From assembly GCA_020137815.1 (NCBI GenBank), contig CM035358.1:7254001-7318000 (forward strand): DNA of 64,000 nucleotides, in the 5' to 3' direction. The notes under the pieces are model-generated. The model had not been told where the DNA came from and searched no databases. It was given only the letters and a program-made list of their open reading frames with translations. The translations under genes were made by a program, and so were the position numbers. Positions 51,501 to 64,000 of the stretch are shown here, piece by piece (position 1 is the first letter of the stretch; every line of letters begins with the position of its first letter). This DNA is from Hormiphora californensis (Eukaryota > Animalia > Ctenophora).

Positions 51501-53056
51501 AAAGTGGAACAGCTACACTCCTATTAGCTACAATGCTCTGCAACTCTCTCTCTCACCTAATGTTAGATAAAGTGGAACAGCTACACTCCTATTAGCTACA
51601 ATGCTCTGCAACTCTCTCTCTCTCACCTAATGTTAGATAAAGTGGAACAGCTACACTCCTATTAGCTACAATACTCTGCAACTCTCTCTCACCTAATGTT
51701 AGATAAAGTGGAACAGCTACACTCCTATTAGCTACAATGCTCTGCAACTCTCTCTCTCTCACCTAATGTTAGATAAAGTGGAACAGCTACACTCCTATTA
51801 GCTACAATGCTCTGCAACTCTCTCTCTCACCTAATGTTAGATAAAGTGGAACAGCTACACTCCTATTAGCTACAATGCTCTGCAACTCTCTCTCTCTCAC
51901 CTAATGTTAGATAAAGTGGAACAGCTACACTCCTATTAGCTACAATGCTCTGCAACTCTCTCTCTCACCTAATGTTAGATAAAGTGGAACAGCTACACTC
52001 CTATTAGCTACAATGCTCTGCAACTCTCTCTCTCACCTAATGTTAGATAAAGTGGAACAGCTACACTCCTATTAGCTACAATGCTCTGCAACTCTCTCTC
52101 TCACCTAATGTTAGATAAAGTGGAACAGCTACACTCCTATTAGCTACAATGCTCTGCAACTCTCTCTCTCTCACCTAATGTTAGATAAAGTGGAACAGCT
52201 ACACTCCTATTAGCTACAATGCTCTGCAACTCTCTCTCTCTCACCTAATGTTAGATAAAGTGGAACAGCTACACTCCTATTAGCTACAATGCTCTGCAAC
52301 TCTCTCTCTCTCACCTAATGTTAGATAAAGTGGAACAGCTACACTCCTATTAGCTACAATGCTCTGCAACTCTCTCTCTCACCTAATGTTAGATAAAGTG
52401 GAACAGCTACACTCCTATTAGCTACAATGCTCTGCAACTCTCTCTCTCTCACCTAATGTTAGATAAAGTGGAACAGCTACACTCCTATTAGCTACAATGC
52501 TCTGCAACTCTCTCTCACCTAATGTTAGATAAAGTGGAACAGCTACACTCCTATTAGCCTACAATGCTCTGCATCGTCATGTGCCACTGCGGAGAATTCT
52601 TGGCAAAGATCCCAATGAAGGTGCCCTGTTGCTGATCAAGTTTCAATCTCAGTAGACCCTTCCTGAAATCCCTGATCTGTCCTATCATGCTGCTGTCCAT
52701 TGGATCCACTGGTAGGGGACTGTCACCCACACGATACCCAAACAATTTACCCCTGGAAGGTAAGAGGGGTTTAGAAATGTGAATCTTAATCATGCTTGGA
52801 CTTTCAAAACCACTTATTTCTATTTAGTACCCCATTCAACATAGAGAGGTAACCTCGACCCTTTCTTCATGTTTGGTCTCTTGATATACTGCACCCTCAC
52901 AGAGTGCGAGATGTTACTCTCTCCTTACCCGGGGTTTATAGACAGTCCCTCCGCAAATAACTCAGATATGGTTTTTATGTGATCCTTAGAGCTCATAGCA
53001 CCGGTAGTCATATCCGCGTTAAACAGACACTGTCTGTGGGTCTCTGAGTCTCCTAC
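44016..53056 (-). CDS. Long-chain fatty acyl-CoA synthetase (ACSL family), multi-exon, 5' end not located, central exons degraded or noisy
   Basis: Recognisable exons: 53056-52929, 52752-52519 (FIGIFAKNSPQW..VAVPLYLTLG, one extra base), ~45740-45694 (VGTWIQGGRLKLIDR), 45141-45050 (KKNIFKLSQGEYIAPEKLELIY), ~44879-44780 (VFIYGDIYKSCVVGLVV), 44159-44016 (FSIGNNMLTPTFKKCRQ..LY*). Confidence 0.85.
48965..52575. repeat. 66-72-bp tandem array (~50 copies) made of an ACSL exon end plus splice donor
   Basis: Minus-strand unit tgcagAGCATTGTAGCTAATAGGAGTGTAGCTGTTCCACTTTATCTAACATTAG|gt(ga)n; length varies only in the GA run; encodes QSIVANRSVAVPLYLTL. Confidence 0.95.
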
Positions 53057-53349
53057 CTGTGAGAATGCAGAGGTTACCATGGTGACAATCTGGTCGATGA
53101 GTTGGTAAACATAACGTCAATGACGTTACATCATTTATGAAACAAAAAAGGATGGATAAAGTAAAACGGGGTCGGGTCGGGTGGTCTATTATTGTTTCTG
53201 CAAATGCCCCCTTATAGGACAAATATATGGTAACTTGATACCCTAGAATCAATAGGCTTACAGGATCATATTACAAGATCATATTTCAGTCCCTATAACT
53301 TTACACTTTACAATGTGATTGGTACACTTAGAATTAAACGAGTTACTAC

Positions 53350-54290
53350 CAGTGGCGTAGCCAGGGTATGTGCAAACGTGCATTGCACTACCTGAGCGCT
53401 CCCAACTGCACTACCTCAAATTTTCCTGATTTGCACTACCACGCCTAAATTTTTATCGAAATTGCACTACTTCGGAGTTCGGTAGGATATAAACGTGAAA
53501 TTAGCGTTTGAGATGTAATCTACGACACTGAATTCCAAAAATATATAGATAAAGCACAAAGAACGAGAAAAAGAGAGGGGTTCAGGTGACAAGTTTATAG
53601 AGAGCAATCGCCAGTACCATGCTTTCCATGCCTCGATGGGATAACAGCACAACACCCAATTGCTAGGATTGTGCTATCCATGGTGTATTACCCTTCTTGG
53701 TTTGCGTGATTGTATTCAAATTGTTCTCAGATTGTCAAAATTGATAAAAATCGGGAAAATTTTTCGGGGGGGGGGGGGGGGGGCTTCGCCCCATCACCCA
53801 TGCGAGATGCTCCCACCAGAACTTGCAGTCCCTGGACCATGCTTTGCCTCCTTCATAATGTTTGAATTATTGTTTTCAAAATGCTGTCAGGTTGTCAAAA
53901 TTGGGAAAAATTCTGGGGGCTTCGCCCCATGCCCCCACCAGGGCTTGGAGTCCTTGGACCCTGCTAGTGGGGGCTTTATACCCGACATATTACTTGAATT
54001 ATTGTTTTCAAATTGCTCTCAGATTGTCAAAATTGACAAACATCAGGAAAAATTTCCGGGGGCTTCGCCCCACGCCCCCACCAGGGCTTGCAATCCCTGG
54101 ACCCTGTTCGTGGGTGCTTTGTCCCCGTCATATTGCTCGAATTATTATGTTCAAATTGATCTCAGATTGTCAAAATTGACAAAAATTAGGAAAAATTTCC
54201 GGGGGCTTCGCCCCACGACCCCACCAGGGTTTGCAATCCCTGGACCCTGCTCGTGGGGGCTGTGCCTCCTTCATATTGTTTCAAATTCAA
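53350..54290. repeat. Degenerate ~140-bp tandem repeat region, possibly the interior of a hAT-like element
   Basis: About 4 copies of cagattgtcaaaattg..aaaaatt..gggggcttcgcccc..ccctggaccc; cagtggcgtagccaggg at 53350 resembles a DNA-transposon terminus; no partner end found. Confidence 0.55.
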
Positions 54291-54368
54291 TCAATCAATC
54301 AAAACACCGCTCGGTGGCGGGGTGCCTCTTTATTACTGGGCAAATATCATTAATAATCATAATATATA

Positions 54369-54768
<400 letters not shown>

Positions 54769-55860
54769 ATTGGGGTATATTTTTGGTATTTTTTGATGTG
54801 AAATACAATGTAAGACATGTCTGGACGTAGCAGAACGTCTAAAGACCGTCAGGAATCGCTAAAATAAGAAAATGTCAATTTTGACGTCATTGTGACGTCA
54901 TAGCGTGACGTCACGACGTTATAACGTGATGATAGGGCAGTATTATTATCAGGCACATCTAGATAAAGAGGCTGACTAATTTTGAGATCGATTGGACAAG
55001 ATTTGAGGTCGCTATGGCGAAAAACGCACTATCGTCATATCTATTTTCATACAGTCTTAACACTTCAGACGCGATTTGAGACCCTTAGAAATAGAGTTTC
55101 ACAAATTCGCGATATAGTTTCTTAAAGTTTAGACGATTATCTTTCATAAGTGTGGTCTCCGTTTTTCAATCAGAAACCGTCTTCAGGGTGTAAATTAAGC
55201 TCAAAGAAATTTGGTTGGTTTGAAAAATGTCTTATCTTTATGACAGTTTGTCAAGACGTTTTGATTGGACCTAGAACATGAAAACTATTCTTCTACACAA
55301 TTCAAACGATTATCTTTCGAATGCAACAAACGAGAAGCGTCTATCTTATGTCGTTTTCTCTCAAAAACGATTATAAATTTGGTAAAATAGCGTCTATCCA
55401 TACATAGATAGATACATAGATAGACCCGGGACACTTATTGCTTTTTTCACGATGCCATATCTCTAAAACTAAAAGAGATAGAGACTTGCCCTTTTAAACT
55501 ACAGTAGATCTAGACTATGTGACACTGTATACCAAATTTCAGACTGATTGGTGCAGTGGGGGCCTCGCTATGGGCGTCGCAAAATGCCATTTTTGGCTAA
55601 AAACTGAAAAAAGTTATTACTGCATTCTGGCACGCGCGGCTGGGGGGAGGGGATGGTCACCTTTGCGCTTGCCAGCGCAGTGATAATATCAATTAAGATA
55701 CATTATAAAATATATTTGTGAACACGACTTTCTATAAGGGGATGAATGGTATCACGTGGCATATTTTTGGCAGTGTTTAGGTTGAAAGATAACATAGCAG
55801 GACGCGATATATTGAGAGATAGGAAGATAGGGAGTGAGAGAGAGATCAGCGGGAGAGCAA

Positions 55861-55980
<120 letters not shown>

Positions 55981-56008
55981 TGATGCGATATGGCTAGTGG
56001 CAGTTAGG

Positions 56009-56880
56009 TCATTTAATTTGTTGTAGTATAAAGTTTGTTTCTTCCCATGAATTTGGGTTAGTTTCGTTTTTTTGGGATTGTAGTTTTAGCAACATTTTGG
56101 TGATCCCTTTTTTAAAGGGGTCATAGAATCTATCGCATATGTGCTTCTTTTTATTATTTGTTGTTGCAGTGTCATTGTCGCATAGATCATACAGAAGATT
56201 GTAGAGCCTGGGTCCAATATGTGCGATTTGATAATTAGAGCGTGTCAGTCGAAAGTGTGGAGCATTAAATATCTTTTTTGTCTCGTGCCTGGTTGCGTAG
56301 GGTGCTGCCCCCTGTGACTTAAGTTCGAAAAACGCGGCTATTTTTGGGGGTGCAACACCGAGGCGTACTTTGTGCAACTGGCCTAAGATTGACTTAGCTA
56401 TAAGGTTTGGTAGGGCCAGGAGAGAGCATTCTTCAAAAATGGGCTTGGTATGGCTAGGGAGCTCTCCTGACGCTTTATCATAGTATATTATAGTCTTTCC
56501 AGACCCCATAGCTCTAATAGCCTTCTTTTGGGCGGCGAACAAGGAGGCCAATCGGTTTATTGGAATAGTTCCCCATGCCGATGCACAGTAGATCAGATGC
56601 GACTCGACAAAACTACAATATATATTTTTTAGAGGTTTAGGTGGTAGTATTTTCCTTAACTTGTATAAAATGCCTGCGTTACGCGATATTTTGGAAGTGA
56701 GCGCCGTTACGTGTGTACTCCAGTTTAGATTGGAATCGATAATGACACCCAGGAATCTGGCCTCCTGTTTTAGCTGGACTAAAGTGTCATTTAAGGACAC
56801 TGCTATTTTAGAGCTCTTTTGTTTTGTGTTGTTATTGAACACGAGGAGGTTTGTTTTCTCGGTAGTATGGTAGTTAAGGT
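56009..56880 (-). mobile_element. Non-LTR retrotransposon (CR1/L2/Crack-like) RT C-terminal fragment
   Basis: KTNLLVF..ARFLGVIIDSNLNWSTHV..KISRNAGILYKLRKILP..IYCSFVESHLIYCASAWG..QKKAIR..HTKPIF; cut off upstream by a TGGCGCCA-rich repeat. Confidence 0.88.
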
Positions 56881-56889
56881 CGTGCGCAC

Positions 56890-59600
56890 TTTTTGGCGCC
56901 ATTTGGCGCCAAATTGGCGCCACGTGGCGCCACGTGGCGATATTTTAGCGCCAAATGGCGCCAAAATTTGGCGACTGCGCACAACCGCCAATTTGGCGCC
57001 AAAATGGCGCCAAGTTGGGTAGTCCCGCCATGGCGGTAGTCAATCGCCACATGGCAAAATTTTGGCGCCAAACACGCCATATGGCGGTCGGGAGTGGCGC
57101 CACACCACGGGAGTGGCGCCATACATGCTCTGGCGGTACTTGGATGGCGGTGGCGTGTGGCGCCATTTGTTGAATATGGCGCCAACTTATGGCGCTAACA
57201 AAAAAACCGATTTCTGGAGTGGCGCCACACCACTGGAGTGGCGCCACATTTTAAAAACTCTGGCGGTATGCAAGTGGTATGTGTGTGGCGCCAACTGTTG
57301 TCGTGGCGGTAGTCAAATGGCGCCACACATTAGCGCCACATTAATGGCGCCACATGATAATGGCGCCACATGATCATGTGGCGCCATATGGACATTGCCG
57401 AGAATGAGCCCTTCCGTGAGCGCATTTTTTGAAGTTGTCTGTGTCACCTACATAAGCCTGTCAAAACGTGTTTCGACATAGAACTCACTAGCGGCAAGCC
57501 AATTCCGGTTGTAAATTCTAGGTATAGGCCCCCTGAACATAAAAAACCAAAATGTCAGTCTCAATTTTTTGGGGGAAGGTGTGTAATTAGCCCCTAATTG
57601 ATTGGTAATTGAGCATAAGGAGAAAAACGCTGTATCTACCCTTAGGAAAGGAGTAGAGATAAAATTAAGGGCACCAAAGTGTTCAGTGTCCTCGCATTAG
57701 TGGGGGTAGATGCCAGAATAAAGTCTTTATCTCATCTGGTTAATTGGATAATTGGATAATTAGACCTGCACATATAGCCGTTTGCTGGCCATATGGCTAT
57801 ATATAGCCATGTTAGGAAAGGAGTAGAGACACAACCGGGGGCACTGAAATGTTCAGCGTTCTCGAATTAGTGGAGGTGCTGAAATTAAGTCTCTATCTCA
57901 TCCGGTTAATTAGATAATTGGATAATTAGGTTTAAACATAACCGTTTAAGGCTATTATATGGCTATGGAGGTGAGACACTATGTGTTGAGACGCGCACAA
58001 TGCGACAATGCGCCAGGCGCCTCCATAGCCACGTAGGAATTGTTAAGAGACTTTTCATGGGTGCAATTTTGTTATAGGCAATGGCCAAGTTATGGGGGGT
58101 CGACGTCGGACTTTTAAGCTCCATCTTCAACCGTTTAGCCGTTATTTGGCTTTAAAGGTGCTCAAAATTAGCAAAAAACGGTAAAAAGCCCACATTTATG
58201 GCGCCATACAAGAGTGGCGCCACATAAATGTTGGCGCCATCCAGTATACGTTAGCGCCAATAAGGATGGCGGTGGCGGTAGTCAAACAGTGCCATATGTT
58301 GGCGTTACAAAATATTTTGAGTGGCGCCACTTTTTTATGTGGCGCCACTCCAGTGGTGTGGCGCCACTCCAGAAACCTGTTTTTTTGTTGGCGCCACAAG
58401 TTAGCGCCAAATTCAACAACTGGCGCCAAACTCCACCGCCATCTAAGTACCGCCAGAGCATGTATGGCGCCACTTCCGTGGTATGGCGCCACTCCCGACC
58501 GCCACATGGCGATTGCAACCGCCATGTGGCGATTGACTACCGCCATGGCGGGACTACCCCAAGTTGGCGATTTTTTGGCGCCAAATGGCGCCACGTGGCG
58601 ATTGTAAATCGCCAAGTGTTGGCGGTATTTGGCGGTACCGCCACGTGGCGATGCGAATTTGTCTGAATAAACTGTGTCCATCGCCAAGTGGCGCCAAATT
58701 GGCGCCAAATTGGCGATACTACCTAAAATTCCAAATATTCATAACGCCCATCAGAGGAATTCCTATCGCCAAGTGGCGCCAAATGGCGCCAAATTGGCGG
58801 TGATTGGCGATTGTCGCCATTTTAGCGCCAGATTGGGGTAGTCCCGCCATGGCGGTAGTCAATCGCCACATGGCAAAATTTTGGCGCCAAACACGCCATA
58901 TGGCGGTCGGGAGTGGCGCCACACCACGGGAGTGGCGCCATACATGCTCTGGCGGTACTTGGATGGCGGTGGTGTGTGGCGCCATTTGTTGAATATGGTG
59001 CCAACTTATGGCGCTAACAAAAAAACCGATTTCTGGAGTGGCGCCACACCACTGGAGTGGCGCCACATTTTAAAAACTCTGGCGGTATGAAAGTGGTATG
59101 TGTGTGGCGCCAACCGTTGTCGTGGCGGTAGTCAAACGGCGCCACACATTAGCGCCACATTAATGGCGCCACATGATAATGGCGCCACATGATCATGTGG
59201 CGCCATATGGACATTGCCGAGAATGAGCCCTTCCGTGAGCGCATTTTTTGAAGTTGTCTGTGTCACCTACATAAGCCTGTTAAAACGTGTTTCGACATAG
59301 AACTCACTAGCGGCAAGCCAATTCCGGTTGTAAATTCTAGGTATAGGCCCCCTGAACATAAAAAACCAAAATGTCAGTCTCAATTATTTGGGGGAAGGTG
59401 TGTAATTAGCCCCTAATTGATTGGTAATTGAGGATAAGGAGAAAAACGCTGTATCTACCCTTAGGAAAGGAGTAGAGATAAAATTAAGGACACCAAAGTG
59501 TTCAGTGTCCTCGCATTAGTGGGGGTAGGTGCCAGAATAAAGTCTTTATCTCATCTGGTTAATTGGATAATTGGATAATTAGACCTGCACATAGCCGTTT
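56890..59600. repeat. TGGCGCCA-rich interspersed repeat complex with duplicated blocks
   Basis: Dozens of TGGCGCCA/GGCG motifs; 57020-57790 is duplicated at 58838-59603; 58195-58560 is an inverted relative of these blocks. Confidence 0.8.
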
Positions 59601-59602
59601 GC

Positions 59603-61978
59603 TGCCCGAGGGTAGTTTAACATTTGTTTGAGTGCACACCTCCAATTCCGGTTGTAACTGGTCGGGAAGACCTCCCTGAAGGTCGTGGCGGTGCGGGAAA
59701 AATAGGGTAGACCTGCTGCGGCTTCAGAAATTTGAGAAAAAGATAGCTATCTTTTTTTTTACTTTGAAAATAAGACGTTTTTTATTAAAAGATCCTTGAT
59801 CAGTGAGATACGCTTGTCCCCCACCTATTTTTTGACGTAGAATCGAATGCCGTTGAAGTCAAATCTCTAAAATGTTGGAAAAATGGAGAAAATCACGTTT
59901 TAAGGTGTTTTTTGGTGAAAAAAGCGTTCAAACGGGTAGTAGATGATGGGATAGAGTCCCAAAATATCATAAATCGATTTTTTTGGGTCTTTTTCGCCCT
60001 AGGAACAGAGTTTCATGAAAATCTGGTACAACGCCTATTCTCCGTTTGCTTTCAAAGAAGGTGAATATTGCTCTAATTTAGCCAATTTTGAAGAAAAGGC
60101 GTCCAAAATGATACCAGTTGACAGGATAGAGTCCCAAAAACGTGAAAATCATCAATTTTAGGCATTTTATACCCTAGAAACAAATGGACATGGTGGTCGA
60201 ATGATATTTTTTATCTCGGTAGGCCTCTGAAGTATGTGGAAATAGCCACAATGTAGAGATTGTGGTAAATTAATGTGAATAAACGTTTACCAAACCCACT
60301 TTAGCACTAGTAAAGGAGGGTTAGAACATAACAATTTAGCACCTGCTAAGTTGAAGAGGGGCTCTTGCGTAATCCAGAAGCCCACTAAAGTGGGTTTGGT
60401 AAACGTTTATTCACATTAATTTACCACAATCTCTACATTGTGGCTATTTCCACATACTTCAGAGGCCTACCGAGATAAAAAATATCATTCGACCACCATG
60501 TCCATTTGTTTCTAGGGTATAAAATGCCTAAAATTGATGATTTTCACGTTTTTGGGACTCTATCCTGTCAACTGGTATCATTTTGGACGCCTTTTCTTCA
60601 AAATTGGCTAAATTAGAGCAATATTCACCTTCTTTGAAAGCAAACGGAGAATAGGCGTTGTACCAGATTTTCATGAAACTCTGTTCCTAGGACGAAAAAG
60701 ACCCAAAAAATCGATTTATGATATTTTTGGGACTCTATCCCATCATCTACTACCAGTTTGAACGCTTTTTTCACCAAAAAACACCTAAAAACGTGATTTT
60801 CTCCATTTTTCCAACATTTTAGAGATTTGACTTCAACGGCATTCGATTCTACGTCAAAAAATAGGTGGGGGACAAGCGTATCTCACTGATCAAGGATCTT
60901 TTAATAAAAAACGTCTTATTTTCAAAGTGAAAAAAAGATAACGTGTTGGGCAAAAAAAATGTCCCCCCTAGACTAGCATAGTTCCAGATATCGTAGAGCT
61001 CTAAAATTTTACACAGTTACTCTATGGGACAAATAAATAAGTTCCACAAAATTTCAGACTTTTAGCTCAAAGTTCATTTTTTTGATCGGAATGAACATTG
61101 TTATTCATTCCAAAAAATATGATTTTTCGGTCCAGAAGCCAAGCAATTGTCTTTGGCTCTCGATTTTCTTTCAAATGCGACCAAGAAAAGCCAAAACGGA
61201 CAACCACATGGCACACAGTGGTCATGTTTCTGACAGTTAGCCAGGTCATGTGATCCCCACCGAATCGTGAGTTGCTAATCAGGCTTAGTGGGGAAGAATC
61301 ACGTATCACAGTCGCTAATGAGGGATGTGTATCGAAAAAGCGACATGTGATTCGGCATCACTTGGGTAAAGAGGCCACTTGTTAATGAGCTTCGGATCTC
61401 ATGACCAATAGTCATCGTCATCCCTCATTAGCAGCTGTGATACGTGATTCTCCACTACTAAGCATGATTAGCAATTCTGAATAAATTACACGATTCGGTG
61501 GGGATCACATGACCTGACTAACTGTCAGAAACATGACCACTGTGTGCCTTGTGGTTGTCCGTTTTGGCTTTTCTTGGTCGCATTTGAAAGAAAATCGAGA
61601 GCCAAAGACAATTGCTTGGCTTCTGGACCGAAAAATCATATTTTTTGGAATGAATAACAATGTTCATTCCGATCAAAAAAATGAACTTTGAGCTAAAAGT
61701 CTGAAATTTTGTGGAACTTATTTATTTGTCCCATAGAGTAACTGTGCAAAATTTTAGAGCTCTACGATATCTGGAACTATGCTAGTCTAGGGGGGACATT
61801 TTTTTTGCCTAACACGTTAGCTATCTTTTTCTCAATTTTCTGAAGCCGCAGCAGGTCTACCCTATTTTTCCCGCACCGCCACCGGCCACGACCTTCAGGG
61901 AGGTCTTCCCGACCAGTTACAACCGGAATTGGAGGTGTGCACTCAAACAAATGTTAAACTACCCTCGGGCACGCCGTG
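59603..61978. mobile_element. Foldback element related to 41168-42637, carrying a nested insertion
   Basis: Inverted arms tgcccgagggtagtttaac.../...gttaaactaccctcgggca, centre near 60350. It shares internal blocks with the 41-kb element (e.g. cccacctattttttgacgtagaatcgaatgccgttgaagtc). The right end is ..CCGTG. Confidence 0.8.
60941..61817. mobile_element. Tc1/mariner-type foldback MITE nested in the arm of the previous element
   Basis: ~370-bp inverted arms acgtgttgggcaaaaaaa../..ttttttgcctaacacgt; a TA duplication splits the host motif aagaTAgctatc. Confidence 0.85.
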
Positions 61979-62046
61979 AGGTGTGTAATTAGCCCCTAAT
62001 TGATTGGTAAATGAGCATAAGGAGAAAAACGCTGTATCTACCCTTA

Positions 62047-63049
62047 TAGTCGGGACGAATCTCTCACAAAAAGAAGTGGTTGACTCACTATTTGGTGAAA
62101 AGCAAATTCCGGTTGTAACCCACCTATTTTGACCCGCTGAACACGATCCCGTCCATAGGTAAGCTCGCAAAAGTGAAGAAAATGCCCAAATCGGCCACGA
62201 CCTTTTACCTGTATTTTCAGCCTGTAGCCAAGAACATAAATCCTCTTAGAATAGGAGTAGAGACAAATCTGAGGGCACTAAAGTGATCAGCGCCCTCGCA
62301 TTAGTGGGGGTAGGTGCTAGAATTAAGTCTCTACCTCATCTGGTTAATTAGATAATTGGATAATTAGGTTTGCGCATAACCGTTTTTAGCTATATGGCTA
62401 TAGCCACTTAGGAATGGTTTAGAGACTTTTCACTGGCGCCATTTTGTAGGCAATAGCCAAGTTATGGGGGGTCGACGTCGGACTTTTAAGCTCTATCTCC
62501 AACCGTTTAGCCGTTATTTGGCTTAAACGATGCTCAAAATCGGGCTTTTTACCGTTTTTCGCTCATTTTGAGCATCGATTAAGCCCAATAACGGCTAAAC
62601 GGTTGGAGATAGAGCTTAAAAGTCCGACGTCGACCCCCCATAACTTGGCTATTGCCTAAAAAATGGCGCCAGTGAAAAGTCTCTAAACCATTCCTAAGTG
62701 GCTATAGCCATATAGCCAAAAAACGGTTATGCGCAAACCTAATTATCCAATTATCTAATTAACCAGATGAGATAGAGACTTAATTCCAGCACCTACACCC
62801 ACTAATGCGAGGGCGCTGATCACTTTAGTGCCCTCAGATTTGTCTCTACTCCTATTCTAAGAGGATTTATGTTTTTGGCTACAGGCTGAAAATACAGGTA
62901 AAGGGGCGTGGCCGATTTGGGCATGTTCTTCACTTTTGCGAGCTTACCTATGGACGGGATCGTGTTCAGCGGGTCAAAATAGGTGGGTTACAACCGGAGT
63001 TTGCTTTTCACCAAATAGTGAGTCAAAAAATTAAGATTCGTCCCGACTA
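62047..63049. mobile_element. 1-kb palindromic element with TTA TSD (PIF/Harbinger-like)
   Basis: tagtcgggacgaatct...agattcgtcccgacta, palindromic around ~62548. It is inserted in cccTTAggaaagg, and the empty site is visible in the paralogous copies at ~57640 and ~59460. Confidence 0.8.
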
Positions 63050-64000
63050 TTAGGAAAGGAGTAGAGATAAAATTAAGGGCACCAAAGTGTTCAGTGTCCT
63101 CGCATTAGTGGGGGTAGGTGCCAGAATAAAGTCTTTATCTCATCTGGTTAATTGGATAATTGGATAATTAGGTTTAAACATAACCGTTTAAGGCTATTAT
63201 ATGGCTATGGAGGTGAGACACTATGTGTTGAGACGCGCACAATGCGAAAATGCGCCTCCATAGCCACGTAGGAATCGTTTAGAGACTTTTCATTGGTGCA
63301 ATTTTGTAGGCAATGGCTAAGTTATGGGGGGTCGACGTCGGACTTTTAAGCTCCATCTTCAACCGTTTAGCCGTTATTTGGCTTTAAAGGTGCTCAAAAT
63401 TAGCAAAAAACGGTAAAAAGCCCACATTTATGGCGCCATACAAGAGTGGCGCCACATAAATGTTGGCGCCATCCAGTATACGTTAGCGCCAATAAGGATG
63501 GCGGTGGCGGTAGTCAAACAGTGCCATATGTTGGCGTTACAAAATATTTTGAGTGGCGCCACTTTTTTATGTGGCGCCACTCCAGTGGTGTGGCGCCACT
63601 CCAGAAATCGGTTTTTTTGTTGGCGCCACAAGTTAGCGCCAAATTCAACAACTGGCGCCAAACTCCACCGCCATCTAAGTACCGCCAGAGCATGTATGGC
63701 GCCACTTCCGTGGTATGGCGCCACTCCCGACCGCCACATGGCGATTGCAACCGCCATGTGGCGATTGACTACCGCCATGGCGGGACTACCCAGATTGGCG
63801 CCAATTTGGCGCCAAATGGCGCTACTTGGCGATTTGTATTCAATCGCCAACTTAGCGCCATTTTGGCGATTGCCGCCAACTTAGCGCCAAATTGGCGCCA
63901 TGTTGGCGGCGATCGCCAAGTAGCACCATTTGGCGCCAAATTGGCGCCAACATAGCGCCAAATTGGCGGTGCTTGGCACTTAGCGCCAAATTGGCGATTG
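63050..64000. repeat. Further copy of the TGGCGCCA-rich repeat complex
   Basis: 63160-63790 is near-identical to 57910-58560. Confidence 0.8.

Noticed and set aside
48965-52575. CRISPR-like repeat/spacer appearance
   Set aside because: The 'spacers' are only (CT)n length variants, the repeat is exon-derived, and there are no cas genes in this eukaryotic context
56803-63955. Many MAP../WRH.. ORFs
   Set aside because: By-products of the TGGCGCCA repeat on both strands

Overview
Eukaryotic (animal-like, intron-rich, repeat-rich) genomic DNA, not a prokaryotic window. Two spliced genes lie in tandem on the minus strand. The first is a long-chain acyl-CoA synthetase (about 44016-53056, 5' end not found, middle exons error-ridden). 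The second is a ~40-kb filamin-like gene (42873-2808) that I could splice exon by exon: 2 CH domains, about 7 filamin Ig repeats and an unexpected C-terminal SH3BGR/glutaredoxin-like domain. The filamin introns hold three large same-strand low-complexity ORFs. Two of them have phase-compatible acceptors that would give alternative filamin C-termini: a ~1080-aa Ser/Pro/Lys/Glu tail and an acidic tail with hydrophobic membrane-type segments. Two kb-scale tandem arrays are amplified exon/intron junctions (about 36 copies of a filamin splice acceptor and about 50 copies of an ACSL splice donor), and several single-copy junction duplications occur as well. Mobile DNA includes a 5'-truncated Penelope-like element with a minimal hammerhead motif, a LINE fragment, and many foldback MITEs with readable TSDs (hAT-, Mutator-, Chapaev-, Tc1/mariner- and PIF-type), some nested. 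Several stretches look like low-quality consensus sequence. All family assignments come from motif recognition by eye, without database searches.
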